Positions 17,560 to 28,212 are shown, numbered from the stretch's first letter. The stretch: DNA of 48,090 nucleotides from Nanoarchaeum sp. (GCA_013824915.1 PNOQ01000053.1:1-48090), one strand, 5' to 3'. Notes: a model not told the origin generated them from the sequence alone. Program-made: numbers and translations.

Positions 17560-19141
17560 CTTCTTTGTTTAATATTTTTAATTGCTGTGTTAATATTATT
17601 TTTAAGTTATCTTCTAATTCTGATTTTGATGTATCGCTTAATTTTGAAATTGATGCTGCAAGTTCTGGAATATATTTTTCAAATAAATTTATACGTTCAC
17701 GTTCTGCTTTTGCTTGAATATGTTTTTTTATGTACTTACTTAAATATCTTCCACATTCTTGTAATGCCAATTTTATTTCTTTTACTAGTTCAGGATAATG
17801 CGCAATAGATTCTTTGCTTTCAGATGTAAATGGAACCCAAACTGATGCTATATGTACTACAATAACTAATGGGCCAATCGGAGTATTTCCACCAGATTGA
17901 TGTAATCCATAAGGTTTCCAGTTAGTGGACATAATCGATTTTGTTATTGCACAAGCGCCCTGTTGATATTGTAATGGAACTTTATTTGCAAACCTTATAA
18001 TCTCTGCAGGTTCTTCTTTGCTCAAATTACCACCATAAGCAACTGCTGCTTCAATAATAAACGGATTACCTCTATAAACTGCTGCTGGTCTAACTGTAGC
18101 AGCATAAAACTCAGCATCAAACTCTTTTCTTAAACTTTTTTCTAAAGCTTCTTGTCCAATTGGAGAAAGACAATCTGTTGGAGGAGCTATAAACTTTGTT
18201 TTCTTTATTGATTGGAATAAATTATCTGCTTCTTGCTTAGCAATTCTTGATGGCCTTGAATTTGGAGAAACATTTGCTAGTTCACATATTTCTTTTGCAG
18301 TCTTTGGACCAATTCTTGAAAAATCGCTTGTTAAAAAAGATTGCAATGTTCTTGATTCTGTTGATTTCAACATATTAATTAGATTACCTAATTCTACACC
18401 TTCTGGATGTGGCTTAATTTCTTTTGGCTTTATTGGGGGAACTTCAGTTGCACGAGGATATTCTATTCTTGTTCCGTCTGGTTCTACTAATGTTAATTTG
18501 GCATGTGGATTTGCTACTGCAGTATATTTCATATATTCAGAAACAGATCTTTTACCTTTTTGGTATTTACCTTCCATTTCTATTTCTACTCTTGTGCCAT
18601 GGTCACGAGCCCATTCGACTACTTCTTCTTTAGTAATTTCAGGTTCATTTTTTGAAGTGTCTAAATGTAATTCATAATAATAAGCTGGATTGTTTTTTCC
18701 AATTTTAGATGTAATTATTATTGGTTTACCCGTTGTTAATTGACCGTATAAAGCAGCTGCAGAAATACCTATCCCTTGTTGACCACGAGATTGTGATAGC
18801 TTATGAAATTTTGAACCATACAACAATTTACCAAAAATTCTCGGTATCTGCTGTTTTACTATACCTGGGCCATTATCATCAATTATAATTAAAAATCTTT
18901 CAGGAGTAGTTTGTTTTAATTCGACTAAAATTTCAGGCATTATATTTGCATCTTCACATGCATCTAAAGAATTATCAACTCCTTCTTTTATTGCAGTAGA
19001 AAGTGCTTTTAATGGATTATCAAAACCAAGTAAATGTCTATTCTTTGTAAAAAATTCGGAAATTGAGATTTCTCTTTGTTTTTTTGCTTGTTCTATTGCA
19101 AACTCAATTTCTTTTTTTTCTTCATTCAGCTTCGTCTGCAT
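17537..19141 (-). CDS. top6B: DNA topoisomerase VI subunit B
   Basis: EGVDNSLDACE, DNGPGI, SRGQQGIGIS GHKL motifs, RFANKVPL. Confidence 0.97.
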   Translation of the reverse strand: MQTKLNEEKKEIEFAIEQAKKQREISISEFFTKNRHLLGFDNPLKALSTAIKEGVDNSLDACEDANIMPEILVELKQTTPERFLIIIDDNGPGIVKQQIPRIFGKLLYGSKFHKLSQSRGQQGIGISAAALYGQLTTGKPIIITSKIGKNNPAYYYELHLDTSKNEPEITKEEVVEWARDHGTRVEIEMEGKYQKGKRSVSEYMKYTAVANPHAKLTLVEPDGTRIEYPRATEVPPIKPKEIKPHPEGVELGNLINMLKSTESRTLQSFLTSDFSRIGPKTAKEICELANVSPNSRPSRIAKQEADNLFQSIKKTKFIAPPTDCLSPIGQEALEKSLRKEFDAEFYAATVRPAAVYRGNPFIIEAAVAYGGNLSKEEPAEIIRFANKVPLQYQQGACAITKSIMSTNWKPYGLHQSGGNTPIGPLVIVVHIASVWVPFTSESKESIAHYPELVKEIKLALQECGRYLSKYIKKHIQAKAERERINLFEKYIPELAASISKLSDTSKSELEDNLKIILTQQLKILNKEDGTIKED

Positions 19142-19182
19142 AAATTAGCTCGGAGAAACATGAGTTTATAAAGATTGTTGCA

Positions 19183-19605
19183 CTAAAATGACAATACTAA
19201 ACTAATTATGACTAATCCTAAGATTATTCCAGATAAAACTTCTAAGACAGTGTGACCTTCTCTTTGTAAGTTAAATTTAGTCGCATCTTTTTTGTCAATT
19301 TTTTCTAACATTTGTTTTTGTTTACCGACTTGTAATCTTAATCCAAAAGAGTCTCTTATTATTATAAGACTAAAAACAAAAGTTGCAAGTGTTAAGTAAG
19401 AAAAACCGGTTCCTAACAACATTGTAAATGTTAATGCAGAAACTAAAGCAGAATGAGTACTTGGAATTCCTCCATCAGATAAGAAATAAGATAATCTTGT
19501 TTTTTTACTTTTGTTTGATTCTATAATACCTTTTATTGTTTGAGAGATAACTATTATTAATAAAAATCCTAAAATCATTCTTCCAAATAAAGGGTCATAC
19601 AGCAT
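19183..19605 (-). CDS. Divergent PAP2 (DUF212) family membrane protein
   Basis: SDGGIPSTHSA, D..GLR..VG.Q, GHT..EV..G. Confidence 0.88.
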   Translation of the reverse strand: MLYDPLFGRMILGFLLIIVISQTIKGIIESNKSKKTRLSYFLSDGGIPSTHSALVSALTFTMLLGTGFSYLTLATFVFSLIIIRDSFGLRLQVGKQKQMLEKIDKKDATKFNLQREGHTVLEVLSGIILGLVIISLVLSF

Positions 19606-20131
19606 TTTCTTTGTATTCTAATTCAGATTCTTTTTGTTTTTCAATCCATCTATATGCATGACTATGGGGAGCACCATTTAAAATAATTTCTACTCCTCTT
19701 TTAGCGAAATAAACGTCTTCTTGTAATCCTATTATTGTTATTGTTTTACCGTAAACAGAAATATTTGTATTGGTCATGTTTTCTAAAGTCTGTTTTGCTT
19801 TACCATTACTACCTATTACTCTAGATCTTAAACGCTCTTCACTATTTTTTGATTTGCCTGCGAAATCTTGAATATTAATTATTTCCATTGTGAAACCTTC
19901 TCTTAATAATAAAAGCGCAATGTCTGGATTAAAACCTCTTCCAATACATTTTACTATGTTTCGGGTTATCATTGTGTTTAAAGAATCTTCACCCTCTATA
20001 GAAACATCTCCTTCTTCAGAACTAACACGGATTATTGTGCTCGTTAATTTTTGTATTTTTCTTTTTGTTTCGCCTTTTTCACCTATTAAGACTGCGATTC
20101 TTTCTCTTGGGATTTTTATTTCTTCAAACAT
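19595..20131 (-). CDS. KH-domain rRNA-processing protein (Dim2/Pno1/Krr1-like)
   Basis: RIAVLIGEKG, IGRGF.P..A, RVIGSNG; likely ATG at 20131 (MFEEIKIP). Confidence 0.92.
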   Translation of the reverse strand: MFEEIKIPRERIAVLIGEKGETKRKIQKLTSTIIRVSSEEGDVSIEGEDSLNTMITRNIVKCIGRGFNPDIALLLLREGFTMEIINIQDFAGKSKNSEERLRSRVIGSNGKAKQTLENMTNTNISVYGKTITIIGLQEDVYFAKRGVEIILNGAPHSHAYRWIEKQKESELEYKENAV

Positions 20132-20132
20132 T

Positions 20133-20510
20133 TTAGAATTCTTCAAGCTCTGCTGTTTTTTTAATTAGGCCTCTTTGTCTTAACCATTGAACTTGTGTAG
20201 GGTTGTATTTCCAAACTATGTCTCCTTTTGCGTCTCCACCAAATTCCCATGGCTCAACAAGAACTGTGTCTCCTTCTCTTACCCATAAAGATTTTTTTAA
20301 TCTACCGGGAATTCTTACTATTCTGGTTTTACCATCGAAACATGCAACATTCATTCTAGATCCACCTAATCTTTGAGTAACAGTACCTAAAACTTCTTTA
20401 TCTCTTGGTGTTCTGACTCTTATTACTTGTTCTTCACCAGATGTGTTTTCGGTTTTCTTTTTAAATTTATTATTATTTCCAAATCGTTTTTTTGTATACG
20501 GAGCAACCAT
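20133..20510 (-). CDS. eif1a: Translation initiation factor aIF-1A
   Basis: LGGSRM.V.CFDGKTR..RIPGRLKK.LWVREGD.VLVEPW. Confidence 0.96.
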   Translation of the reverse strand: MVAPYTKKRFGNNNKFKKKTENTSGEEQVIRVRTPRDKEVLGTVTQRLGGSRMNVACFDGKTRIVRIPGRLKKSLWVREGDTVLVEPWEFGGDAKGDIVWKYNPTQVQWLRQRGLIKKTAELEEF

Positions 20511-20533
20511 AAATATAAGGGTAAGAACTTCTT

Positions 20534-20869
20534 TTATAAAGGTTTTGTTATATCTTCTTCTGGTTTTTTACATCTTAATAACGCTGTTAATCTATTAACT
20601 TTCTTACCAGCTTGAACATCTAATGTTGTTAGTGAAAAGGTTGTTTTAACTTCGCCTCTGAAAACTCTTTTAAATTTTTTGCATATACCAAATATTCCGT
20701 GCCCTGAAGCAACATATAAATCTATTCCATCTTTCATTTGAAATTCCTGATTTATTTTGTTACCTGTTTTTTTTAATTCAGATTTAACAAATGAATAGAC
20801 TTTTTCGTCAGTAGGCCTTATTTGAATTTTTGCTTGATAGGCTACTGTTGGTTGATATACTCGTTTCAT
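20534..20869 (-). CDS. Short NMD3-like protein (single domain)
   Basis: YQAKIQIR..DGIDLY..GKKVNRLTALLR resembles part of archaeal NMD3; adjacent to DUF424 as in other archaea. Confidence 0.65.
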   Translation of the reverse strand: MKRVYQPTVAYQAKIQIRPTDEKVYSFVKSELKKTGNKINQEFQMKDGIDLYVASGHGIFGICKKFKRVFRGEVKTTFSLTTLDVQAGKKVNRLTALLRCKKPEEDITKPL

Positions 20870-21156
20870 AATTCATACACCTGTGCGTGCGGCACGTTTT
20901 GTATTTTGATTATATTTTTCTTGTCAATTATTCCGCATTTTATTGCTAAAGCTATTGATTTCTTACCAGTTATGTTTATATTTTTAGATTCCATCATTAT
21001 TTTACTCGTTTCTTCATTGTTTAGAACTTCTCCTTTATAAAATCGTTCGGAAATATCTAATTCTAAATTTTTCTCAGAGAATTTTTTACCCATCAAGTCT
21101 TCATCACATATTGCAACTATATTTCTATCTTTTGAAACATGAATTTTTACATACAT
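20866..21156 (-). CDS. DUF424 family protein
   Basis: IVAICDEDLMGKKF...FYKG...NITGKKSI...VPHAQ; likely ATG at 21156 overlapping the upstream stop (TAATG). Confidence 0.9.
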   Translation of the reverse strand: MYVKIHVSKDRNIVAICDEDLMGKKFSEKNLELDISERFYKGEVLNNEETSKIMMESKNINITGKKSIALAIKCGIIDKKNIIKIQNVPHAQVYEL

Positions 21157-21620
21157 TATCCGTGATAACCAGCCTTCTTCTTTTCTGGTTCTTTCTCCCA
21201 ATTATCCATAACTGTTTTTAAAAAACGTTTTTGTTTTTCTTTTAATTCAGGCCACTCTTTCCAAAAAGATTTTATGAACTCTGCAGTTTTTTCATCAGAT
21301 TCTAACTCATAATAAAAACATTTTTGATACAAAGAACCCACTTTAATATAAAAATCAAATATCTCTTTTTTTAGTTCTTCGTTTATGTTGTTTATTATCA
21401 TCATAGAATAAAGTGAAGAAGGATTTGGATTTATTAATGAGTCTAATGATTCTAAAAATGATCTTAATTTATTGGCTATTAATCTTAATATTGCTTTAAT
21501 TGGACGCCCTGATTTATTTTCTTCTAATGCTCTTATTTCAAATTCCTCATCAAGTTTCTCGAAAGTGGGAAGCTTGTATTTTTTAATTAATTCATTATAA
21601 TCATGTTTTATTGTATCCAT
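21156..21620 (-). CDS. Hypothetical protein (conserved-looking, helical)
   Basis: 154-aa ORF tightly coupled within the operon. Confidence 0.8.
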   Translation of the reverse strand: MDTIKHDYNELIKKYKLPTFEKLDEEFEIRALEENKSGRPIKAILRLIANKLRSFLESLDSLINPNPSSLYSMMIINNINEELKKEIFDFYIKVGSLYQKCFYYELESDEKTAEFIKSFWKEWPELKEKQKRFLKTVMDNWEKEPEKKKAGYHG

Positions 21621-21621
21621 T

Positions 21622-22032
21622 TTAAATCTTAGACCTCACTGGATGTTTAGCACCACATGCAGAACATTTTAGAGTTAATATTTTTTCTTCTTTTACTAAT
21701 TGTGTATCTGGTTTTTTGCAATCTGCGCAGATAACGAATTCATTTGCATATCTTTCTATTTTATTATTAATTTGGGATGAACTTATTTTTCTTCCTAAAA
21801 TTAATCTTTGATTATCTATAATTCCTGGTGTTGCTAATTCTCTTAATAAATATTTTAAAAGATGATCTGCATCTCTTCTGAATGATGAAACTATTTGTTG
21901 GAAGTTTGTGATTATTGTTTTATTTCCTTCTATGTGACCTTTAACTTTAGGTATTTCGAATCTTTCTTTACTCTCTGATCTTTTTGGCAAAGTTTTTATT
22001 GCTCTATCCACTAAATCTTCATATGAACTCAT
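21622..22032 (-). CDS. eif2b: Translation initiation factor aIF-2 beta
   Basis: ERFEIP, GNKTII.NF, ELATPG, CADCKKPDT..CSACGA zinc ribbon. Confidence 0.96.
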   Translation of the reverse strand: MSSYEDLVDRAIKTLPKRSESKERFEIPKVKGHIEGNKTIITNFQQIVSSFRRDADHLLKYLLRELATPGIIDNQRLILGRKISSSQINNKIERYANEFVICADCKKPDTQLVKEEKILTLKCSACGAKHPVRSKI

Positions 22033-22727
22033 TGTATTAATTTTACTCTCCCTGTTTTAATTTCGAATATTTCTCCTTCTTTTAATAGATCGTATATCAA
22101 GTTTTGAGCTTTTGTTTCTTTTATTTTTGATTCAAAGATAACTTTAGCTAAATCGGCTCCATCTCCTTTATCATTTTTTTCTATTGTATTTAAAAGCTTT
22201 TGTCTTAGTGCATTTGAAGGTTCTTCTTCAAAAATTGATTCTTCTGTTATTTTTGGTAGCATATCATCTTGAAATTCTTGTTCAATTTCATGTTCTGAAT
22301 TAATTACTTGTTTTCTTTCACCATATTCTGAAACTAATTCTTTTTTTCTTAGAATCATCCATTCGGGTTTGTCTAACTTTCTTACTATTTCTGGTGTTAA
22401 ATATATTTTATTGTTATATTCTTTAACTCTAGCAATAACTAGAATCATATCTCCTATTTCAACATTATTTAATAATTTTGAGTCTTCATTCCAAGTTTTT
22501 AGTGAAATATTATCAGAACCATCATCTAAGGTTAAAGATATATGATTAGAATCTTCGTTTTTATATTTATCAATTGCATTTGCAATTATGTTAACTCTTG
22601 AAACATTCAAATTTTTTACTTTTACATAACTTGGGTCCCATTCACCTTCTGGATTAATGAATTCACCATTAACTAAATCGGAAATCCAAATTTTGTATGC
22701 CGTTTGTCTTATTTGTGCGCTTACCAT
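22029..22727 (-). CDS. RPA32-like OB-fold protein with C-terminal winged helix
   Basis: RQTAYK, VSRVNI, LDDGS, LLKEGEIFE; next to mcm. Confidence 0.82.
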   Translation of the reverse strand: MVSAQIRQTAYKIWISDLVNGEFINPEGEWDPSYVKVKNLNVSRVNIIANAIDKYKNEDSNHISLTLDDGSDNISLKTWNEDSKLLNNVEIGDMILVIARVKEYNNKIYLTPEIVRKLDKPEWMILRKKELVSEYGERKQVINSEHEIEQEFQDDMLPKITEESIFEEEPSNALRQKLLNTIEKNDKGDGADLAKVIFESKIKETKAQNLIYDLLKEGEIFEIKTGRVKLIQ

Positions 22728-22729
22728 GT

Positions 22730-24754
22730 TTATATTTTTTGAACGTATCCTCGTTTTGGTTCGAAGATATCTCCACTCTTCTTTAACTTTTCTATTATCT
22801 CAAATACTTGGTCTTCACTTATATTCTTATGTAATGCTTCCATAGAGATATCATCAATTTGTATACTCTTAGAGCCTCTTTCGCTTTCTAATCTATTAAT
22901 TATTTCTTTAACAGTAATTATTTTACTTCTCTCCGAAGTGGCCATTCCTGTTGCAAATCGGTCCATATCAAATTGACCAGTTTCTTTATCCATTCCTATT
23001 TGAGTTAAACAGTATTTAGTTATGCTTATTGCTAACTTTGCATCATCTCTTGTTACTTTGTTAGACAATCTTAGTCTTGCAGATGCTTCTGACAATCTAA
23101 TTATAGCTTCTAACTGTCTCGCGGAAATTGGAATTGGTTTTACTTCGCTGTCTGATTGTACAGAGTTCCTTAAAGTTACATAGAAATCTTTTATTTCTTT
23201 TGCTGCATCATCAGTTAAGATGGGCATTATTGTTCTTTTTGCATATGCAATATACTTTCTCATTAAAACTGGATCTATTGGAGTTATTAGGGCATCTCTA
23301 TCTTGGTATAATTTTAAAACATGCCCTGCAATCCTGTCATCTGTTTCTACATTAGGTAAGTCTCTTATAGGGAATATTAAGTCAAATCTATTAATTAATG
23401 TTGAAGGCAAATCTATTTGCGAAGCGATTGGTGTGTATGGATCAAACCTACTTAGTTTTGGATTTGCCGCTGCAAGAACGGTAGTTTCTGCTCTTAATGT
23501 TGCCTGTATATTTGCTTTTGAAATTGTGATTGTTTGTTGTTCTAATGCTTCATGTAGGGCACTTCTATCTTCTGGTGTCATTTTATCAAGTTCATCAATA
23601 CAACATATTCCTTTATTTGCTAAAACCATTGCTCCAGCTTCTAAACTCCAACCTTTTAAGAATTCATCTTTAACTACTGCTGCTGTTAAACCTGCTCCGG
23701 ATGCACCTTTACCACTAATAAATCTTGCTTTAGGTGCGGATTTTGCTATAAACTGTAATAATTGAGATTTACCTGCACCAGGATCTCCGACTAATAAAAT
23801 ATGAATATCTCCTCTTCTGATAATATTATCTTTCATTACTTTTCTGGATCCACCAAATAATTGAAGTAATAATGAAGCTTTGATTTCTTTATGACCATAA
23901 ATTGAAGGAGCAATAGATAATGTTAATTTTTTGAACAACTCTTTATCTTTTGACATTTCTTTTATTGCTATAAGTTCTTCGTCAGTGATATCTAATTCTT
24001 CAAAACTTTCTTGCATTGGTTCTATATTGTTTGCATCTAATGCTAATTCAAACATTCTTGAAGGCGCACCAGATTTTAACATAATAGGAATTTCTTTTAA
24101 TATACCTATAACTCTAACTCTTGTACCTGGAGTTGTTTTTTGTTCCATTTTAGGTTCAACTAAATCGTCTTGTAAGAAAACTTGTAGTCTTTTTGGTTGC
24201 GCACCACCTTCTAAATTTTCTGGCGCTTCTTCTATGACTATTCTTTGTGTGTCTACTAATGTTTTTTTTAATAATTTGAACTGACCTTTTCTACCGCAAC
24301 TACATCTAGACGGCTCTTTAAACGCTTGATCTATTTGAAGAATTGAAAGTATATTACCACAAGTGGGGCATTCAAATTTAGCAGAAGTTACTTGAGGTCT
24401 TACATCAGATGCTTGTCTTACTAAACCCTCTATAATAATCATGCTGTCTAAATCTATTCCTCTTATGTCTTTGATAGCTTTCTTTTGAGAAGGAGGAAGA
24501 CCTGTAAATCTTATGTTAAAATTTTTCTTGCTAGGTAGTTCTAATTGATCAATAGCTAGCTCAGCATTTTGTAAAGATTCTACTGGTTCGTTCAAGAATT
24601 GTTCTGCTAGCTCAATATCAAATTTAGATAAGTCTAGAAAGTTTATAATTAAAGCTTTTTGGCCTTTCTTTATGGCGTTATGTATTTCTTTAATATAAGC
24701 TGTTTCTATAAAATCTTTAAATTTCTCAATCTGAACTATCGGGTCTTTTTGCAA
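22730..24754 (-). CDS. mcm: MCM replicative helicase
   Basis: CPTC..CSC zinc finger, GDPGAGKS, IDELDKM, AAANP, NRFD, ARQLE; TTG start with GGAG SD; no intein. Confidence 0.97.
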   Translation of the reverse strand: MQKDPIVQIEKFKDFIETAYIKEIHNAIKKGQKALIINFLDLSKFDIELAEQFLNEPVESLQNAELAIDQLELPSKKNFNIRFTGLPPSQKKAIKDIRGIDLDSMIIIEGLVRQASDVRPQVTSAKFECPTCGNILSILQIDQAFKEPSRCSCGRKGQFKLLKKTLVDTQRIVIEEAPENLEGGAQPKRLQVFLQDDLVEPKMEQKTTPGTRVRVIGILKEIPIMLKSGAPSRMFELALDANNIEPMQESFEELDITDEELIAIKEMSKDKELFKKLTLSIAPSIYGHKEIKASLLLQLFGGSRKVMKDNIIRRGDIHILLVGDPGAGKSQLLQFIAKSAPKARFISGKGASGAGLTAAVVKDEFLKGWSLEAGAMVLANKGICCIDELDKMTPEDRSALHEALEQQTITISKANIQATLRAETTVLAAANPKLSRFDPYTPIASQIDLPSTLINRFDLIFPIRDLPNVETDDRIAGHVLKLYQDRDALITPIDPVLMRKYIAYAKRTIMPILTDDAAKEIKDFYVTLRNSVQSDSEVKPIPISARQLEAIIRLSEASARLRLSNKVTRDDAKLAISITKYCLTQIGMDKETGQFDMDRFATGMATSERSKIITVKEIINRLESERGSKSIQIDDISMEALHKNISEDQVFEIIEKLKKSGDIFEPKRGYVQKI

Positions 24755-24793
24755 TTTTCAATACTCCAATATAAAAAAAGGGAAGTTAAATGA

Positions 24794-25333
24794 TTATTTT
24801 AACTTTTTCAAATTGGTAACTAGCTTGTTTATTGCTTCTTTTAGTAAAATTTCAGATTTTGTACCTGTACAAACTATCTTTCCATTACTGAATAACAAGA
24901 AAGTTGCCCTTGTTCCGGGTAATTTGTAAACTAGACCTGGAAATTGTTCTGGTTCGTATTCTGAATTCTCTAATTTCATTGCCAATTCGTTTAAATTTAA
25001 ATCCATGGCAATGTCCCCAGCAGCTACCATATTTTGAATTGTAATCTTTGGTTTTATCGTTACTTTAACGCCGATCTTAGCTACGGCTTTGATTATCTGG
25101 TTTATTGATTCTCTTACTTTTAACATAGATCTAGCACCAGTACAAACGACTTTACCTGAACTGAAAATCAATGCTGATGTTTTTGGTTCACGAATTCTCA
25201 TTACTAATCCTGGAAATTGTTCCGGATTATACTCGGTGTTTGATAAAGTTTCAGCCAACTTAATCAAGTGCACATCATGTTCTAAAGATGTAGAACAAAC
25301 AATATTAACGATTTTAAAAGTTATTTTTGTCAT
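24794..25333 (-). CDS. tbp: TATA-box binding protein
   Basis: Two repeats: YNPEQFPGLV...IFSSGKVVCTG and YEPEQFPGLV...LFSNGKIVCTG. Confidence 0.98.
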   Translation of the reverse strand: MTKITFKIVNIVCSTSLEHDVHLIKLAETLSNTEYNPEQFPGLVMRIREPKTSALIFSSGKVVCTGARSMLKVRESINQIIKAVAKIGVKVTIKPKITIQNMVAAGDIAMDLNLNELAMKLENSEYEPEQFPGLVYKLPGTRATFLLFSNGKIVCTGTKSEILLKEAINKLVTNLKKLK

Positions 25334-25419
25334 TTTAATTCCTCCTTGAAATAAACTATTAGTATATAAGTGTTAAGAGAAAACTATTTAAATCTTTATA
25401 AATAAATGGTTGTCATTAA

Positions 25420-28212
25420 TTAGTTAGTAATTTCCATAAGAATAGTAAATTCTTTGTCTTTTATTGTAACGTTTTCTTTGATTTTGTAATTTTTTTCTTT
25501 GAAATCTAAACTTATTGCTCCGACCTTAGAAGATATTGTTTCTGACCATTTAGTTAAATTTACTGGAGTTATTATTGCTAATTTAATTTTATCTTGTTTG
25601 TTTAGATTTTGGGATTTTCTCATGTCTTGTACTTTTCTAGCTATTTCTCTTGCAAAACCTTCTTCTTCTAACTCTTTTGTCATTTTTGTATCAAATACTA
25701 AATTGAATTCACCTTTTTTAATTTCTAATTTTTTTATGTTTAATTGTCTCATTACTAATGCTTGTAACTCTTTTGATAATTTTTTATCTGAATTTACAGT
25801 TGCTTTTGATAATGGCCATTTTAATCCAATTTGTACTTTATTCCTTTCTTTCATTCCTGCTTCTAATATTTGCATAACAAATTTGAATTCTTCTTCTAAC
25901 TTAGAATCTATCTTTTTTTCATCGAAAGTTGGCCAAGATTGTAGATGGACTGACTCTTTTTCATTTAATTCAATCCAAATCTTATCAGTTAGGAATGGAC
26001 AAACAATAGAAAACATCTTTAATGTATCTTTATAAACTTCATTAACTGTATGTAAAACTTTGCCTGGTTCTGAATTAACTTTATCTCTTGTAAATTGAAT
26101 ATAAACTCTTGATAAGTCTAAATATAAATTTTCTATTTCTCTTATAATTTCATCAATTTTGTATTGTTCCATTAATTCTGTTACTTTTTTTATTGTTGAA
26201 TTTTTCCTAGAAATTATATATTTTTCTTCTAAATCCATTGATTTATCTTCTTTAGTTTGTAATTTTAATTCTGATATGAATCTTGATAGATTATACAATA
26301 TGTTTAGATTTCTCTGTTTTATTTTTACATCTTCCCAACTAAAGTTTATGTTTTCCCCAGCAGGAACTTGACACATGTAGTATCTTAAAACATCTGCACC
26401 ATATTTGTCTACAACTTCATAAGGAGAAATTATGTTTCCTAAACTTTTGGACATCTTTGTGCCCTGATAATCTAAAATCATACCGTGACAATATACATTA
26501 TTATAACAAGATTTACCTAATGCTACAGCGGAACATATTTGCAACATACTGAACCATAATTTGATTTGTTCTGTTGCTTCTAAAATAAAATCTGCTGGGA
26601 AATATTTCTCGAAAAGTTCGGTTTTATTAGGATAGTATAAACAATTCCATGAAGTTGTGCCAGAATCAATCCATACATCTATAACATCTTTTACTCTGTG
26701 CATTTTAGCTTTACATTTTGGGCATTCTAAAACAACTGCATCTATCCAAGGTTTGTGTAAATCTGCTGGAACTTTTCCTTTTAGTTTTTTTATTTCTTCT
26801 GAATTTGCTATAACTTCTATGTTATCACATTTAGAACATTCCCAAATTGGAATTGGGCATCCCCAATATCTTTGTCTTGAAATCCCATTATCTTTTAAAT
26901 TTTCAATCCAATTATCGTAATTTTTCTTAGTATAATTTGGCTGCCAGTTCACATTATCATTAAATTTAAGCATATTAGGAATTAAATCTTCTATCTTCAT
27001 GAACCATTGTTCGGTTGATCTAAATACTACAGGATTATGACATCTCCAACATGTTGCATATTCATGTGAAACAGGGGTTTGTAAAACTAAAGTATTTAAT
27101 GAGTCTAATTCTTCAATAAATTTTTTATCATCTTTTTTTGCTTTCCATCCATTAAATTTTCCACAATTTTTGAAAATACCTTTTTCATCAATTTCATTGA
27201 AAGCATCTATTTCGTAAGGTTTACATGCATCGAAATCTTCTGGACCACAACCAGGAGCACAATGAACTAAACCAGAACCTGCTTCCAAAGTTACGTAATC
27301 TTTTGATAATATAACAGTATGAATATTTTTTGATTTTTTCTTTAATTCTTTGTAATCTATTTCTGATTCGAAAGGATGTTTGTATTCTAATCCTTCTAGA
27401 GATTTGCCACTGAATGTTTTTAATATTTTATACTCTTTGTTGAATAACTCCATTACGGGTTTAACTAAATCTGTAGCTAGTATCCATTTTTCTTTTTCAA
27501 CTTGAACTTCAGAATAATCAAAATCCGGATTAACCATTATGGCTAAATTAAATGGTATTGTCCATGGAGTAGTTGTCCATATTAATAAAAATCTATTATC
27601 TTTTGTTTTGAATTTTAAGAATATTGAGTTATCTTCTAAGTTTTTGTATTCCAATTCATGTTTTGCTAAAGATGTTTCGCAACTTGCACACCAATGCATT
27701 ATTTTTTTGCCTTTGTATAACCTATCTTGGTTGTAAGCCTGTTTTATTAACCACCATTCACTTTCCATGAATTCATTTTTTATAGGCCAATATGCATTTT
27801 CAAAATCCATCCAAACACCTAAACGTGTTAAATCTTGATCCATTTGTTTGGCATTATTTGAAGAAAATTTTATACATTCTTTAATGAATTTTTCAACACC
27901 ATATTTTTCTATTTCTAATTTGTCTTTTATTTTAAGTTGTTTTTGAACTGCATTTTCAGTTGGAAGGCCATGCATATCATAACCCGCTCTGTCCCAAACA
28001 TTGAAACCATTCATTCGTTTATATCTTAAAACTAAATCTTTTATTGTATTATTCCATGCATGCCCAATGTGTAGTCTACCTGAAGTGTATGGTGGGCCTT
28101 GTAAAAAATAAAACTTCTTACCTTTTATGTTTTTTTTATTTATTTTTGAATGTGTTTTATTCTCTTCCCAGAATTTTAATACTTCTTCCTCAACTAGTTT
28201 AAAATCATACAT
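25420..28212 (-). CDS. ileS: Isoleucyl-tRNA synthetase
   Basis: GPPYTSG.LHIGH, WTTTPWT and GSGLVH.AP editing motifs, ISRQRYWG, KMSKS; GGAG SD at 28223-28220. Confidence 0.96.
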   Translation of the reverse strand: MYDFKLVEEEVLKFWEENKTHSKINKKNIKGKKFYFLQGPPYTSGRLHIGHAWNNTIKDLVLRYKRMNGFNVWDRAGYDMHGLPTENAVQKQLKIKDKLEIEKYGVEKFIKECIKFSSNNAKQMDQDLTRLGVWMDFENAYWPIKNEFMESEWWLIKQAYNQDRLYKGKKIMHWCASCETSLAKHELEYKNLEDNSIFLKFKTKDNRFLLIWTTTPWTIPFNLAIMVNPDFDYSEVQVEKEKWILATDLVKPVMELFNKEYKILKTFSGKSLEGLEYKHPFESEIDYKELKKKSKNIHTVILSKDYVTLEAGSGLVHCAPGCGPEDFDACKPYEIDAFNEIDEKGIFKNCGKFNGWKAKKDDKKFIEELDSLNTLVLQTPVSHEYATCWRCHNPVVFRSTEQWFMKIEDLIPNMLKFNDNVNWQPNYTKKNYDNWIENLKDNGISRQRYWGCPIPIWECSKCDNIEVIANSEEIKKLKGKVPADLHKPWIDAVVLECPKCKAKMHRVKDVIDVWIDSGTTSWNCLYYPNKTELFEKYFPADFILEATEQIKLWFSMLQICSAVALGKSCYNNVYCHGMILDYQGTKMSKSLGNIISPYEVVDKYGADVLRYYMCQVPAGENINFSWEDVKIKQRNLNILYNLSRFISELKLQTKEDKSMDLEEKYIISRKNSTIKKVTELMEQYKIDEIIREIENLYLDLSRVYIQFTRDKVNSEPGKVLHTVNEVYKDTLKMFSIVCPFLTDKIWIELNEKESVHLQSWPTFDEKKIDSKLEEEFKFVMQILEAGMKERNKVQIGLKWPLSKATVNSDKKLSKELQALVMRQLNIKKLEIKKGEFNLVFDTKMTKELEEEGFAREIARKVQDMRKSQNLNKQDKIKLAIITPVNLTKWSETISSKVGAISLDFKEKNYKIKENVTIKDKEFTILMEITN

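Noticed and set aside
23128-27736. Plus-strand ORFs antisense to mcm, tbp and ileS (likewise those opposite cdc48, htpX, top6B, polB and pilins)
   Set aside because: Fully overlapped by well-supported opposite-strand genes; composition typical of shadow ORFs.
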